A stretch of DNA of 64,000 bases from Stegostoma tigrinum (taxonomy: Eukaryota): positions 30,480,078 through 30,544,077 of the forward strand of contig NC_081366.1 in the NCBI RefSeq assembly GCF_030684315.1. Reading direction: 5' to 3'. Of this stretch, positions 25,440 through 37,235 are shown one piece after another. The position numbers were made by a program, and so were the translations under genes. The notes under the pieces are model-generated. The model did not search any database. It saw nothing but the letters and a program-made list of their open reading frames with translations, and had not been told where the DNA came from. Position 1 is the stretch's first letter. Each line of letters begins with the position of its first letter.

Positions 25440-26640
25440 CTAAGCTGCTCCACAGGAGTCTTGGAAGATAAAGTTATACAGCAACCATAAGGTGATATTG
25501 GGCCTTAAAGGAGGGAAAACCGTAATGAATCATTGGTAGAATTCCAGAAATTTGGGTCTTGCAGATTGAGGACACAGTCATCAGTCATGGAGCAGTTAAA
25601 ATGTGTAATGCTGAAGAGGTCAGAATTAAATGTGTGGATAAGCTGGAGGGTTGTGGAGCTGGAGATTCAAGATAGAGGAGGTAGAACTCATGAATGATTT
25701 GTAAACAAGAATGTGAATTTTTAAAATCAAGCTTGCAAGAACAAGAGTGATTGGTGATTAGGTCTTGGTGTGAGTTAGGACACTGACTGCAAAGTTTTCG
25801 ATGACATCAAGTTTACAGAGAATGTGCAATACTAAATAAAAATTAAAAGAACTGCGGATGCTATAAGTCAGAGACAAAAATAGAAATTGCTGGAAAAGCT
25901 CAGCCCAAAGTGTTAACTCTGATTTCTTTCCACAGATGTTGCCAGACTGGCTGAGCTTTACCAGCAATTTCTATTTTTGTCACAGAATGTGCAAGACCAG
26001 ACACAATCGCTTTGGGATAGTCAAGTCGAAAGAAGTAACAAATGGATCAGTTAGAGTTGCAGCAACAGAGACAAGGGTGATAGAAATAGGTGATATTAGC
26101 GATGGTGGTCTCAAGCTCATTTCAAATATGACACCAAGGTCACAAACAGGAGAAAATAACTTCACTTTTTCCTAATTATTAGTTGTGGGAGATTCCTGTT
26201 CATCCAGTACTGGATGTAGGAGAAGCAGCCTGGAAATTTAGCATGACTGTCGGAATCAAAAGTGGTGAGAATGAGGTAGAGTTGAGTGTTGCCAGTGCCC
26301 ATGTGAAAATTAGTGCTTTGTTTCCGGTTCATGTCACTGAGAGACGACATATGGATAAAAAATAAGGGGGAGAAACTTGGGAGCACTGAAGGTAACTATC
26401 CAGGAGCAAAATGAGAAGCCTTGCAGGTGATGTTCTTGCTATTGTGAGGTGGTTAACATTGAAAGCAGTTGAGTGTGGTCTCACCCAGTGAACTGATCAT
26501 GGAGAGACGTCGAAGGAGTGTGGAAGGAGTCAGGTCAGTGGTTTCAGAGTTTGCAAACTGGTCAAGATGGGCGAAGAATCTCTCAAAAGGCTAGAAACCT
26601 TTGTCACAATCACATAAGATGTCGTTGATAAGCAGATTAG
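25440..26640 (-). mobile_element. Decayed L2-clade LINE RT to 3' end
   Basis: Minus peptides FHMGTGNTQLYL (degenerate FHMYADDTQLYL), CFSYIQYWMNRNLPQL, VCDLGVIF and FVTSFD. Confidence 0.7.
25830..25983. mobile_element. Hairpin Penelope-terminus-derived mini-element within the L2
   Basis: 33-nt inverted repeat (25873-25905 vs 25949-25981, 1 mismatch). Perfect 11-bp direct repeat AGAATGTGCAA at 25819-25829 and 25984-25994. Confidence 0.75.
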
Positions 26641-27129
26641 ATGAACTTTGTATCTGTTGTTTGTGTGACAAGATCCTATTTCTCATCACATAAAATAAAT
26701 TCATGCAAGCCATCATTTTAAAAGAATGTTGATTTGAGATTAATTCCCAATGCTACAGCTCAACTCTTCAGCTGCTTCTGCTGCCAGTGGGGCTTAGATT
26801 TGAGTGCAGCTTTGCCTAATTGCTGGTGTGAAATGCTGAGGAAATTCTGTGCCAGTTTTTGACATAACTAGTAAAACTAGTTATGTTCAGCAAGCAAAAC
26901 ACACTAAGCATGGGCTGAGTGCTTAATGGCTTTTGTGAGAAACTGGTTTATTTCTGAGCAGTGACATTCCTTACCTTGGTGAATACTGATGCAGAGTAAT
27001 ATGTAAGTAGCCGGCTGGTCATACAGAATTGCTGGAAAAAAAAGATACATTTTATCATAGCATTTTGTCTTGCACTCATCAGGACAATTTGAAATACCAA
27101 TACAAAGAGAAAAATGACATCTGTGCTCT

Positions 27130-27750
27130 GTGGGAAAGGAGTTGTAATTGTTTAGTAAGTGCACCCTAATCCAAAAGGGCAATGGCAAGTTGGTGGAGTG
27201 GATATTTGGGTGGTGGATGAGGTTAAAGTATGACGTCATGCACGTTGGTAGAAATATTATTGGAAGACTGTATAAAATAGAGGATGCAATTCTAAAGGGA
27301 CTGGAGAAGCAGAGGGAGCTTCGTGTATGGGTGCGCAGATCATTTAGGTTGGCAGGCTAGGTGGAGAAACCAGCTCATAAATCATACAGTGTCTTCAGCT
27401 TTGTTAATATGAGTATAGAATCCAAGAGTAAGGAGGTGATGTTTTACTTGTGTAAGACACTTATTAGACTCAGCTGGAGTACTACATATTGGAATTGTGG
27501 GTGCCACGTTGGACGAAGGATATGAATGCATTGGAGAGGGTGTAGAGGAAATTTACATGAATGGTTCCAGGAAAGAGAAACTTCATTTATGAGGATCGAT
27601 TGTGAAGAAGTTGGGACTGTTGTCCTCAGAGAGAGGAAGGCTGAGAGGAGATTCGATAGAGGCTTTCAAAATCATGAGTGGGCTGGGCATTAGATTGAGA
27701 GAAGCAGCTCCTGTTTGTTAACAGCTTCAACCATGGTTAACAGAAGAAAT
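27130..27750 (+). mobile_element. CR1 LINE fragment
   Basis: VMHVGR...ILKGLEKQRELRVWV, cagctggagtac and aggctgagaggagat. Confidence 0.72.
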
Positions 27751-27759
27751 TGGGAGCGT

Positions 27760-28780
27760 ATTAGAAGGTGAAGGCCTAAGAAGTTGCAAAGAAAGAATTA
27801 AGACTGAGAATTGGGAGGAGTTTAGAATTCTGCAAAAGAAAGCTAAGGAAAAGAGTTACAAAGAGAAAATGAGAGTAAAAAGTGAGAAATACATAACCTA
27901 ACTGTTAAAGCTGCGTGCAGAACATACAAATGAAAAGGTTAGCTGAAATAATTCATGCAGCATCAGGCAAACCTATAATGGGGAACATTGAAATGGCAGC
28001 AAAACTGATAAATACTTTACTCTTAGTTCTGCAGAAGGGTCACCGGACTCAAAACGCTAACTCAGTCTTTTCCTTCATGGATGCTGCCAGACATGTTGCG
28101 CTTTTCCAGAAACTTTGTTTTTGTTCCTGATAAATACTTTATTTGTTTTCGTGGAGGAACCACTCAACAAAAACTGTAGAGAATCTAAGAGCTAAGATAT
28201 TAACATTAGTTAAAACAGGTAAGGAAATTAATGGGACTTGAAGTGCATAACTCCCTTAGGCCTGATGATCTGTATCCCAGATTGTGGATGTGGCTTTCGA
28301 GATAATAGATGATAGTCCACTTTCAAAATGCTTTAGCCACGTGGAATCCAGTGAATTCTGAACTATTCTGGAGTTCTGAAATGTTGGCCCCTATTTCAAT
28401 AGAGTTGGAGTGTAAGAGGAGGGAAGTCACACTGCAGCCGTACAGTATGCTGGCCAGACCATGTTTGGGGTACTGTGAGCAGTTTTGGTCCCCATATTTA
28501 AGGAAAGATGTCATTTCATTAGAGGCAGTTCAGAGAAGATTCACTAGGCTGATCGCTGGTATGGAGCATTTGTCCTATGAGCAAAGGTTAAGCATGGTGG
28601 GACTCCATTTGCTGGAATCTAGAAGAAGGAGCGGTGGTCTCATTGAAACATGTAGGATTCCGAAGGGGGTTGACAGTGTAAATGCTGAGTGGATATTTCC
28701 CGTCACGGGAGAGTCTAGGACTGGTGATCATGGCCTCAGAATAAAGGGTCACCGATTCAAAACTGAGATGTGGAGGCAGT
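27760..28780 (+). mobile_element. CR1 LINE pieces; the last is interrupted by the Rex1 element and resumes at ~30560
   Basis: ORF 28309..28809 reads ARPCLGYCEQFWSPYLRKDVISLEAVQRRFTRLIAGM...FKTEMWR. Confidence 0.8.
28020..28126 (+). mobile_element. Solo Penelope-terminus mini-element with a decayed hammerhead motif
   Basis: Perfect 15-bp direct repeat CTGATAAATACTTTA at 28005-28019 and 28127-28141. Homologous to the reverse complement of 31965-32065. Confidence 0.78.
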
Positions 28781-30550
28781 GCCCGAGAGTCAGTATCGGA
28801 CCAAATTAAAGGCCTAAACCAGCCAAAAAGACTCCCGACGCCTGTTGCAAAGCTTAAACAACATAATGAGATATAAAACAAAGAACAGCAAGACAATGGA
28901 CAAAGACACAGCCCTCCCCGTTGCTCTCAATGCCTTCTATGCTCATCTCAAGCAGAATACCAGCAGTGTGGTATCACCTGCTCTGAGAGCCCTGTACGTA
29001 CCTGTTCCCTCTGTTCCCACTGTAGATGTCAGATCAGTCCTCCTGGGAGTCAACCCATGGAAAGCGATGGGCCTGGAAAGGGTTCCCAGCCCTGTGCTTT
29101 GATCCTGTTGGATCAGCTGGCATAGGTATTCACTGACCTCTTCACCTCTCCCTCCTACAAGCTGAAGTTCCTATCTCCTTCCAGAAGACTATCATCATCC
29201 CCAGAGCCAAGAAAAAAAACATAGTGTTTCTTAAAGTCTACCGACCACTGGCTCTGACCTCCATAATCATGAAGTGCTTCGAGACACTGGTCATGGTCCA
29301 TATCAACTTCAGGCTCCCACCCTGCTTCGATACCCTGCAGTTTACCGACTGACGTAACAGTTCCACAGTAGACGCAGTTTCCCTACCCTGTACTCAGACT
29401 GAACAACAAGGACACTTACATCAGACTCCTGCCACTCAACTACAGATCTACTTTCAACACCATTATCCCTACCAGATTGATCTCAAAACTCTGCGATGAA
29501 GGTCTCGGATCCTCAGCTTCTTGACTTATAGATAGCAATCAGTGAAGATAGACAACTGCACCTCCTCCACCATAACTGTCAACACTGGAGCCCCCCCCCG
29601 AAGTGTGTGTTCTTGGCCCCCTAGTGTACTCCTTATACACACACAGTGTGTCGCCAAATTCCAAATGAACGGCATCTACAAGTTTGCTGATGACACCACT
29701 GTGGTAGGACCGATATCAAACAATGATGAGTCAGAGTATAGAAAGGAGATCGAGGCTTGGAGACATGATGCAATGAGAACAACCTGTCTCTCTCTCTCAA
29801 TGTCGGTAAAACTGAAGAACTGATCATTGACTTCAGAAAGAACTGAGGAGAATATACCTCCAACTACATCAGTGGAGCAGAGCTGGAGAGGATTGAGAGC
29901 GTTAAGTTCGTCGGACATTTGATGACCAACAGTCTGTCCTGGACTTCCAATGTAGATGTGACAGTCAAAAAGGCACAACAAAGCCTCTTCTTCCTCAGGT
30001 GGCTCAGGAAATTTGGCATGTCCATAAGGTCCTTCACCAACTTTTATAGATACACCATTGAAAGCATACTGCCCGTGTGTATAATAGCCTGGTATGGCAA
30101 CTGCTGTGCCCAGGACTATAAGAAACCACAACGTGGTGTACACAGCCCAGACCATCACGGAAGCCCATCTTTCATCACTGAATGCCGTTTATACCTTTTG
30201 TTGCCGTGGAAAAGATGGACTCATCCCACCCTGGTAATGCTCTCCTACTACTTCAGGCTGAGGTACAGAAACTTGAGCACACGCACCAGCAGGTTCAAAA
30301 ACAGCTTCTTCCCTGCTGTTATTAGGCTGATGAATGGATCTCTCTAACTTCAAGTAATGTTGACCATCATGTTAATACTGTTATTGCTTCACACATGTCC
30401 TGTGCAGTGTAATCTGCTTGCTTCGCTCTGTCCAAGGTTTTTATCACCTTATGATCTATATGTCCTTGCTTACTATGACCTGCCTGTACTGCTCGCAAAT
30501 AAAGCTTCACACTGTACACAGTGGTACACATGACAATAAATCAAGTCATC
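28780..30550 (+). mobile_element. Rex1/Babar-clade LINE, 5'-truncated and frameshifted
   Basis: LNAFYA, LTSIIMKCFE, NTGAP, IYKFADDTTVVG, LSWTSNVDVTVKKAQQSLFFLRWLRKFGM and TSRFKNSFFPAVIRLMN. The 3' UTR ends aataaatcaagtcatcatc. Confidence 0.9.
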
Positions 30551-30559
30551 ATCATCAGA

Positions 30560-30810
30560 TTGCATTTATTTTGTTCGGAGGGTTGAGTCTTTGGAGTTCC
30601 TATCCACAGAGGGCTGTGGGGGTAGAGTTCTTGTGTATATTTAAGACCAAGATAAATAGATTCTTGATTAGGAGGGGAATCAGTGGTTACAAGGAAAGGG
30701 GAAGAAAGTGAACATTGGGAATATCGGATCAGCCATGAATCAGCGAAGGGTGGAGCAGGCTCGATTAGCCAAATGGCCAATTCCTGTTCCGATTTCTAAT
30801 GGTCTTATTT
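30560..30810 (+). mobile_element. CR1 3' end (continuation of the element split by Rex1)
   Basis: LWSSYPQRAV...IFKTKINRFLIRRGISGY followed by a CR1 3' UTR. Confidence 0.75.
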
Positions 30811-30859
30811 CACCTACTCCATCCAGTTTCTCTGCAGTCACTGCCTTTAAAGTCTTGGA

Positions 30860-31490
30860 TGCAACCCATCAAGTCCTAGCAATTTGTCTGCCTTTGGTTC
30901 TATTAAATTGTCAAATGCTTTGTCTTCCATGACAGAAACTGTAACAAGCTCATTCTGGCCATGAACACCATGCTTCTCTGATAACTTTGAGTGTTACTAG
31001 CATTTTCCACTTTGAAGACTGATGCAAAGTTTTGATTTAAATTATCTGCCATTTCCCTGTTTCTTGCTGTAAGTTCCTTGCCTGAATCATCCAAGGGCCC
31101 CACACTTAGTTTAGCGACTTTTTTCTATGAACCCATAGAAGCTGTTGCTGTTTGGTTTTAGATTTTTTTGCTAATTTATTTTTGTTATCAATTTTCTACC
31201 TCTTATTAGCTTTTTAATTACCCACAGCCTGTTCCTAAAAAGATGTCAAATCCTCTGACATATCCACTAGCTTTCACTACTTTATATGCCTATGTTTTTG
31301 ATTGGATGCTTTCCTTGATCACCTTTGTTAACCGTGGGCCTTTCATCTTTCTCACAGTGCCCTTTTTGACGAGAATAAACTTTTGCTGACCTTTATGAAG
31401 TATCTGCTTAATTATCTGCCATTGCTCATCCACTGAGTTTCCCATTATTCTATTTCCCAACTGTACACAGCTCTTTCTTCATAGCTGTCA
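30860..31490 (-). mobile_element. CR1 LINE internal fragment
   Basis: Minus peptide GPLDDSGKELTARNREMADNLNQNFASVFKVE. Confidence 0.7.
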
Positions 31491-31961
31491 GTTTACAGGT
31501 GACACAAACCTAGATGGGACTGAGAGTTGTGAGCAGGATGCAAAGCTGCTTCAAGGAGATTTCGAAAGGCTAAGTGAGCGGACAAAAATTGGGCAGATGG
31601 AATAGCGTGTGGAGAAATCTGAGTTTTTTAACCTTGGCAGGATATGGAGAAATACAGATACGTTCTTGAATGATGGGAGGCTGCCTTCTTGAAACACTGC
31701 AATCCATTTGGTGTAGCTAAGTCCAGGATTTTGACCCTGGCCTGCACTTTTGGTCACAGTACTTGCATAACTTGTTCAGTTCAGTTTCTGATTGTTCGAA
31801 TCCTCCAGAATGTTGATCGTGCAGTATTTAGTGACGGTAGTGCCATTACATATAAAGGAGCAATGGTTAGATTCTCTGTTGCGCATGGAAATTTGGACAT
31901 AGACCGCTTCGGTGTCTGAGCTGTCACGAGCAGTGCTGAACTAGCAAACATCCCCACTTCT

Positions 31962-32090
31962 GAAACAAAAAGAATATTGCTGGAAAAGCACAGCAGGTCT
32001 GGCAGCATCTGTGAGGGATAAAAGAGCTAACGTTTCGGGGTCCAGTGACCCTTCCTCAGAACTCCCCCCACCTCCCTGACAGACTGTGCC
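31962..32090 (-). mobile_element. Penelope-terminus mini-element with a well-formed hammerhead motif
   Basis: ttgctggaaaagcacagcaggtctggcagcatctg...aacgtttcggggtccagtgacccttcctcag. Homologous to 4015-4105. Confidence 0.75.
32024..32064 (-). ncRNA. Minimal type I hammerhead ribozyme motif (predicted)
   Basis: Minus strand reads GAGUU CUGAGGA A GGGUC-ACUG-GACCC C GAAA C GUU AGCUC. Core boxes, stem II, palindromic ACGU stem III and stem I (GAGUU/AGCUC) are all present. Confidence 0.6.
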
Positions 32091-32099
32091 ATGCCACTT

Positions 32100-32880
32100 T
32101 GTCCTTCCATACTAAAACAGTGTTTACTTACAGGATCCGTATCCCTCTATTCCTTTCCTATTCATGTATTTGTCCAGGGACTTCTTAAATGCTGCTACTG
32201 TGCCTGCTTCCACCACCACCTCTGGCACCACGTTCCAGGCACTCACCACCCTTTGTGTAAAAAGCTTGCCTCGCACATCTCTTTTAAACTTCCCCATCCT
32301 TGCACCTTGAACCTGTGTCCCCGAGTAATTGACCCTTCCACCCTGGGGGAAAAAGTCTCATACCTTTCACGCTATCTATGCCATTCACAATCTTTTAAAC
32401 TTCTGTTAGGTCACGCCTCAACCTCCTGTGTTCCAGCGAAAACAAACCCAGTCTATCTAACCTTTCTTCTTAGCTAAAATAACCCACACCAGGTAACATC
32501 CCAGTAAAGTTTTTCTGTACCATCTCCAAAGCATCCACATCCTTCTGTGCTGACCAGAGGGTCACAGTATTCTCAATGTGGCCTATCTAAAGTTCTATAA
32601 AGCTGCAGCACAACTTGTCTATCCTTATATTCAATGCCTCTTAAAACAAAGGCAAACATGCCAAAGGCCTTTCTTACTACCAGATCTGCCTACACTGCCA
32701 CCGTCAGTGATCTGTAGGCCTGTACACCCAGATCCCTCTGCTTATCAATAGCCATAACAGTTCTACTATTCATTGTATAATTTCCACCTGTACTGGACAT
32801 TCCAAAATGCATCATCTCACATTTGTCTGCATTAAACTCCATTTGCCAATTTCCTGCCCATGCCTCCAGCTGATCTCTGT
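32100..32880 (-). mobile_element. CR1 LINE RT to 3' end
   Basis: Reverse-complement CR1 motifs (cgttccaggcactcaccaccctttgtgtaaaa, catccacatccttc, cacatttgtctgcattaaactccattt). Confidence 0.78.
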
Positions 32881-33164
32881 TAGGATGCTATTTATCAAGA
32901 AAGCAGAATTTCCTGCCTAATGGGCAAGTTGCTAGTAATTTTTACGTCAGGTGTGAACAGAAGATTGGCAATAATGGCTAAGGTGTTCATCATTCACCCA
33001 GCCAAACTCACCTTTGTATTAACCTTAACAGAACACCCTTGTCTCCAACTTCCCTTCCCAACTTACAGATTTTCTTCTCTTGGAAAGACCATGTCATTCC
33101 TTCGTCACCACTGGCCGGTGTTGTGTACAACTGCTTATTCAGTAGCACTGAAGTTGTCTTGATA

Positions 33165-33602
33165 GGGAGGCAGTGGCCTGGCAGTATTAACACTGGACTG
33201 TTAATGCAGAGATCCAGGTAATGTTCTGGGGATCTGGGTTCAAATCTCACCTTAGAAGATAGTAGAAATTGAATTCAATAAAAAATCTGGAATTAAGAGT
33301 CTAATGATGACCATGAATCCATTGTTGATTGTCAGAAAAGCCCACCTGGTTCACTAATATCGTTTAGGGCGGGGAACTGTTATCCGCACCTGGTCTGGCC
33401 TACATGTGACAAGGTAGTTGATTCTTAACTGTCCTCTGGGTAATTAGGGATGGGCAATAAATGATGCCCACATTTTGTGAATGAATAATAACTGCAGCCC
33501 AACTGCAGTGATTCAAGAGGTGGCTCACTTCCACCTTCGGAAATGATGGGCAACAAGCTTTGACCTTGCCAGCCCTGCTCACACTCCTATGAATGAATAA
33601 AA
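33165..33602 (+). mobile_element. tRNA-derived SINE (family A) with a duplicated LINE-like tail
   Basis: A-box-like cagtggcctggcagt and B-box gggttcaaatc. Body ctggttcactaat...ctggtctggcctacatgtgac, and the tail gggcaa...gaatgaataa occurs twice. Confidence 0.8.
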
Positions 33603-33727
33603 CTCTCAAGCCAATCTGGTAGTTCTGTTATATTTGGGACAAGTTGTTTGAAGATCCTACTACAGCTGTCATTTTGACAATTTGATGGGACGTTAAGAGA
33701 ATGTTACTGTTCATTTAATTTAATAGC

Positions 33728-34565
33728 TCATAAGGCATAGGAGCAGAAATTAGACTATTCGGCCTATTGAGTCTGTTCCGCCATTCAAACATGGCTTATA
33801 AATTCCTCAACCGCTTCCTTCTGCTTTCTCCCCGTAACCCTTGATCCCCTTGATAACCAAGAACCTATCTATCTCAGTCTTAAATGCACTCAATGACCTC
33901 GCCCCCGCAGCCTCCAGTGGCAGTGAATTCCATAGATTCACTACCTGTCTGGCTGAAGAAGTTTCTCCTTATCTCCGTTCTGAAAGGTCTTCCGGTCACT
34001 CTGAAGCTGTGCCCTTGGTTCCTAATCTCTCCTACCACTGGAAGCATCTTACCAACATCCACTCTATCCAGACCATTCAGTATTCTGTACGTTACAATTA
34101 GATCCCCCCTCACCCATCTAAACTCCGATGCATAAAGTCCCAGAGACCTCAAACGTTCCTCATATGTTAAGCTTTTCATTCCTGAGACCATTCTTGTGAA
34201 GCTCCTCTCAACCCGCGCCAGGGCCAGTAAATCCTTCCCGAGATTTGAGGCCTAAAACTGCACACATAATACTTCAAATGTGGCCTGACCAGAGTTTTGT
34301 AAAGCCTCAGTAGTACATCCCTGCTTTTATATTCAAGTCCTCTCAAAATAAATGCCAACATGGCATTTGCCTTCCAAGCTACTGACTCAACCTGCAAGTT
34401 TACCTTGAGAGAATCCTGGACTAGAACTCCCAAGTCTCTTCGCTCTTCGGACTTCTGAATTTTCTCCCCATTTAGAAAATAGCCCATGCTTTTATTCTTC
34501 TTACCAAAGTGCATGACCTCTCACTTACCCATGTTTTACTCCATCTAACACTTCTTTGCCCAAAT
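33728..34565 (-). mobile_element. Relatively young CR1 LINE 3' 0.8 kb
   Basis: ORFs 34176..34514 and 33880..34191 read MHFGKKN...ERRDLGVLVQDSLKV...LYKTLVRPHL...LTYEERLRSLGLY. Confidence 0.92.
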
Positions 34566-35158
34566 TGTTGATCTAGATGTTCCGGAAGTTACCACTACGT
34601 TCCCAAGATGGAGAAGCATTATTCCTCCGCTTAATGAATACAGAATTCATCAGCAAATGAGAATAGAAAAATAGACTCTCTTCCACCCAGCAGTTCTGTG
34701 AAACAAGAAAAAAGCTCAGTTAATGAGGCCCATGATGGTTATGGTTATTTTGGAAGATCTCACTTTTCCATCCATTTATCTCGATTATGATAATGTTTTC
34801 CCTATACTTTCCTATATGAACACTCCTATTCCAGAAACTGACGCAATAACAAATCTGTCACATCAGTAACATGTATTTGCTTAGGTCATGAAGTCAAACT
34901 GTAGGAGTTTTCATATGATGTAACTGTCTGAACCATTTCAGAAAGATTCACTGTATCACTCTGTGACCAGTTGTTCAATTTTGCAGGCCTTTTTCGCTTG
35001 GTGGCGGAATAGTTGGTGGTCTTTTGTTGGCTTATTCATGTGGAAACAGGTTGGCCATCGTGTAGAAAGCTGATTATTGCACGCTGTAAGTTTGATTGTG
35101 TCTTGATATGTTCCCATGTAAATTATTCAGAAGGACAATGATGTTCTCGTTTTAACAG

Positions 35159-35276
35159 GTCAGGAATTTGTGCTACATGGTAACGCGGAGAGAGAAAATG
35201 AAACAATCAGTTTGTAGACTCCAGGAGCAAATATTCCACCATCAGACCAAACTGATCGAAGAAAATCTGCATCGAG
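35159..35276 (+). CDS. JADE2: JADE2 exon: [39 protein letters not shown]
   Basis: Translated by hand. Acceptor ttttaacAG and donor GAG|GTAGGG. 118 nt. Continues the conserved DLER|VRNL motif of the long JADE isoforms. Confidence 0.95.
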
Positions 35277-36349
35277 GTAGGGCTTTGCTGAATTCAAGTA
35301 CTTTTATTTTATATTAATCCTCATTTTTAGGTTGACAGCCTGTCCTTTGGCTTCAAATATTATGAAAATCTGTTTAGGAAATGATAAGAAGAAAACAACT
35401 GGTCATCATTACAACCGGTCTGGTTTTGCTTTTCTATTTAATTAAATACTTTTGAAGTGTAATCACTGTTAATAATTCGGCAAACACAGCATCAAATTAC
35501 AGACAGCAAGACTCCACAAGTGGTCTTTCATCTCGCAATGATCAGGGTACCTCAAGAATACAAAATCAGGCGGAAGACCAACATGTAAACTACATGTGAG
35601 TGCTAATTGTTTGGCAGTTGGGCATTGATTGTGGCATTGACATGGAAAGAAATGTCTTTTCTCAACTGCACTCAAAATAATTTTCATTGTGCATTGTGTC
35701 CCTGACATTTTTTTCGACAATATTGACCAAAACTAAGATTAAAACATTGAAATCGAAATGGGAGTATCAAACTGTTGAGGTATGATTTAAGAGAATGTCC
35801 TATTGTCAATGTTGTGAGATGAACATTTCAAATAAATAAACATGATATGTCAAAAACCTATGACAGTGAAGATTTGATTTTGAATTCATACCTTCTTTGA
35901 GTGAACAGTCACAATATATGGGGCATAATCTCAAAGGAAGGAATGTGTACAGTGTAACATGGAATGACAGTAATTGTAAACAATTGGACAGAATTATATG
36001 TTGGATTTCAATATCATTTCTTACATTGAAATGAAATATTCCTCTCCAGTATTTCATCCTCCGATTAATTCACTGGTGATTCCCTTGCTATTTTCTGTAT
36101 AACAATGGCTAGATAAAGCTTGCATTTCAAAGTAATATGTCATACCCTCAGGATCAATTATTTTTCAAGCACAGCTCAAGTATATGTTGCAGCTATTTCC
36201 CTGTAGCTACATCCTATAAGTTGCATGAGACCATTCAGTTGGTTTGTTTCAGTGGTATTGGCCAAGTCATGAACATTGGCTACAACACCAGGAGAATACC
36301 TGCGTTTCTTCAAAAATGTGTGCTGGCATGTGGATGAGCAGAGAGAATT

Positions 36350-37235
36350 AAGGGTCCAAATATAGAAATCATTGAGAACTAAATGACAGATTAACAAAAC
36401 AATTAAAGACAAATGGAATCCTGGACAACTCATTTGAGGCTGGGAATACAAAAAGGTAGAAGTTATGTTGCAACAGAATAGACATAAGTTGAGATTCCCC
36501 AACTGGAATCCATTCTGAGCACTCTTCCAAAGGGAGGATATGATGGCCTTGAATTGGGTGTAGCCCACAGAATGACAGAAGTGTTATAGCTGAGAGGAGG
36601 CCATTTGGTCTTCCATGTCTGCCTCAGTTGACCAATTGACCACTGTGACTTAGTGCCATTCTCGTGCCTTTTTTCCTATACCCTTACACATATTTTCTAT
36701 TTAAATAACCATCCGACACCTTTTTTCTCAATGGAACCTGCTTTCACCACACTTCCAAGTAGTTCATTCCAGGTTTACCCAAAATGATATTGTGGCTCTT
36801 GGATAAATTATCAGGACAAGGTGCACATACCTGTAGTCCATCAGATATAGAACATCAAGGTGTCATCTTAGTGAAATGTTTAAAAAGCTTCAATGTTTTG
36901 ATGGGCAAAGTAGGGAAAATCTATTTCCTCTCAGGGAATGACCAGGAACAAGGGTGCATAATGTGAAAAAAAAATTCAGGAAACACTCTTAAGGGGTGAT
37001 GCTGGGAAGCACTCCTTTCCACAGTGGAAATCCAGAAATTAGCCCCGCAATCCTACTGGGTCAAAAATAATGCTGCTGATCCAAGGCCAATTGAAACTAC
37101 CCTAACAGCCGTTAGGGTATTGAGAGTTACAAAAACAAGATCTGTAGCTGAAATTAAGATATATGGATTGGTCAGGCCTAAATAAATACTGTAGTGGACA
37201 GGCATGAAGAGCTGAATGACTTCTTTCCGTTCATA
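36350..37235 (+). mobile_element. Old CR1 fragments, with an opposite-strand CR1 tail at ~36580-36780
   Basis: ggaatacaaaaaggtagaagttatgttg, caactggaat and gggaaaatctatttcct. The minus tail is ggaggccatttggtc...cattccagg. Confidence 0.55.

Noticed and set aside
27231-27238. CRE palindromes TGACGTCA here and at 23806-23813
   Set aside because: Both lie inside decayed LINE coding sequence and are likely chance.
35156-35164. Second recursive-splice site AG|GTCAGG
   Set aside because: It is a weak donor match explained by the conserved Val-Arg codons, and skipping this exon would shift the frame.
11394-35276. Calling the gene JADE1 or JADE3
   Set aside because: The residues [47 protein letters not shown] and VRNLCY match JADE2 as I recall the paralogs. 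A phylogeny would confirm this.
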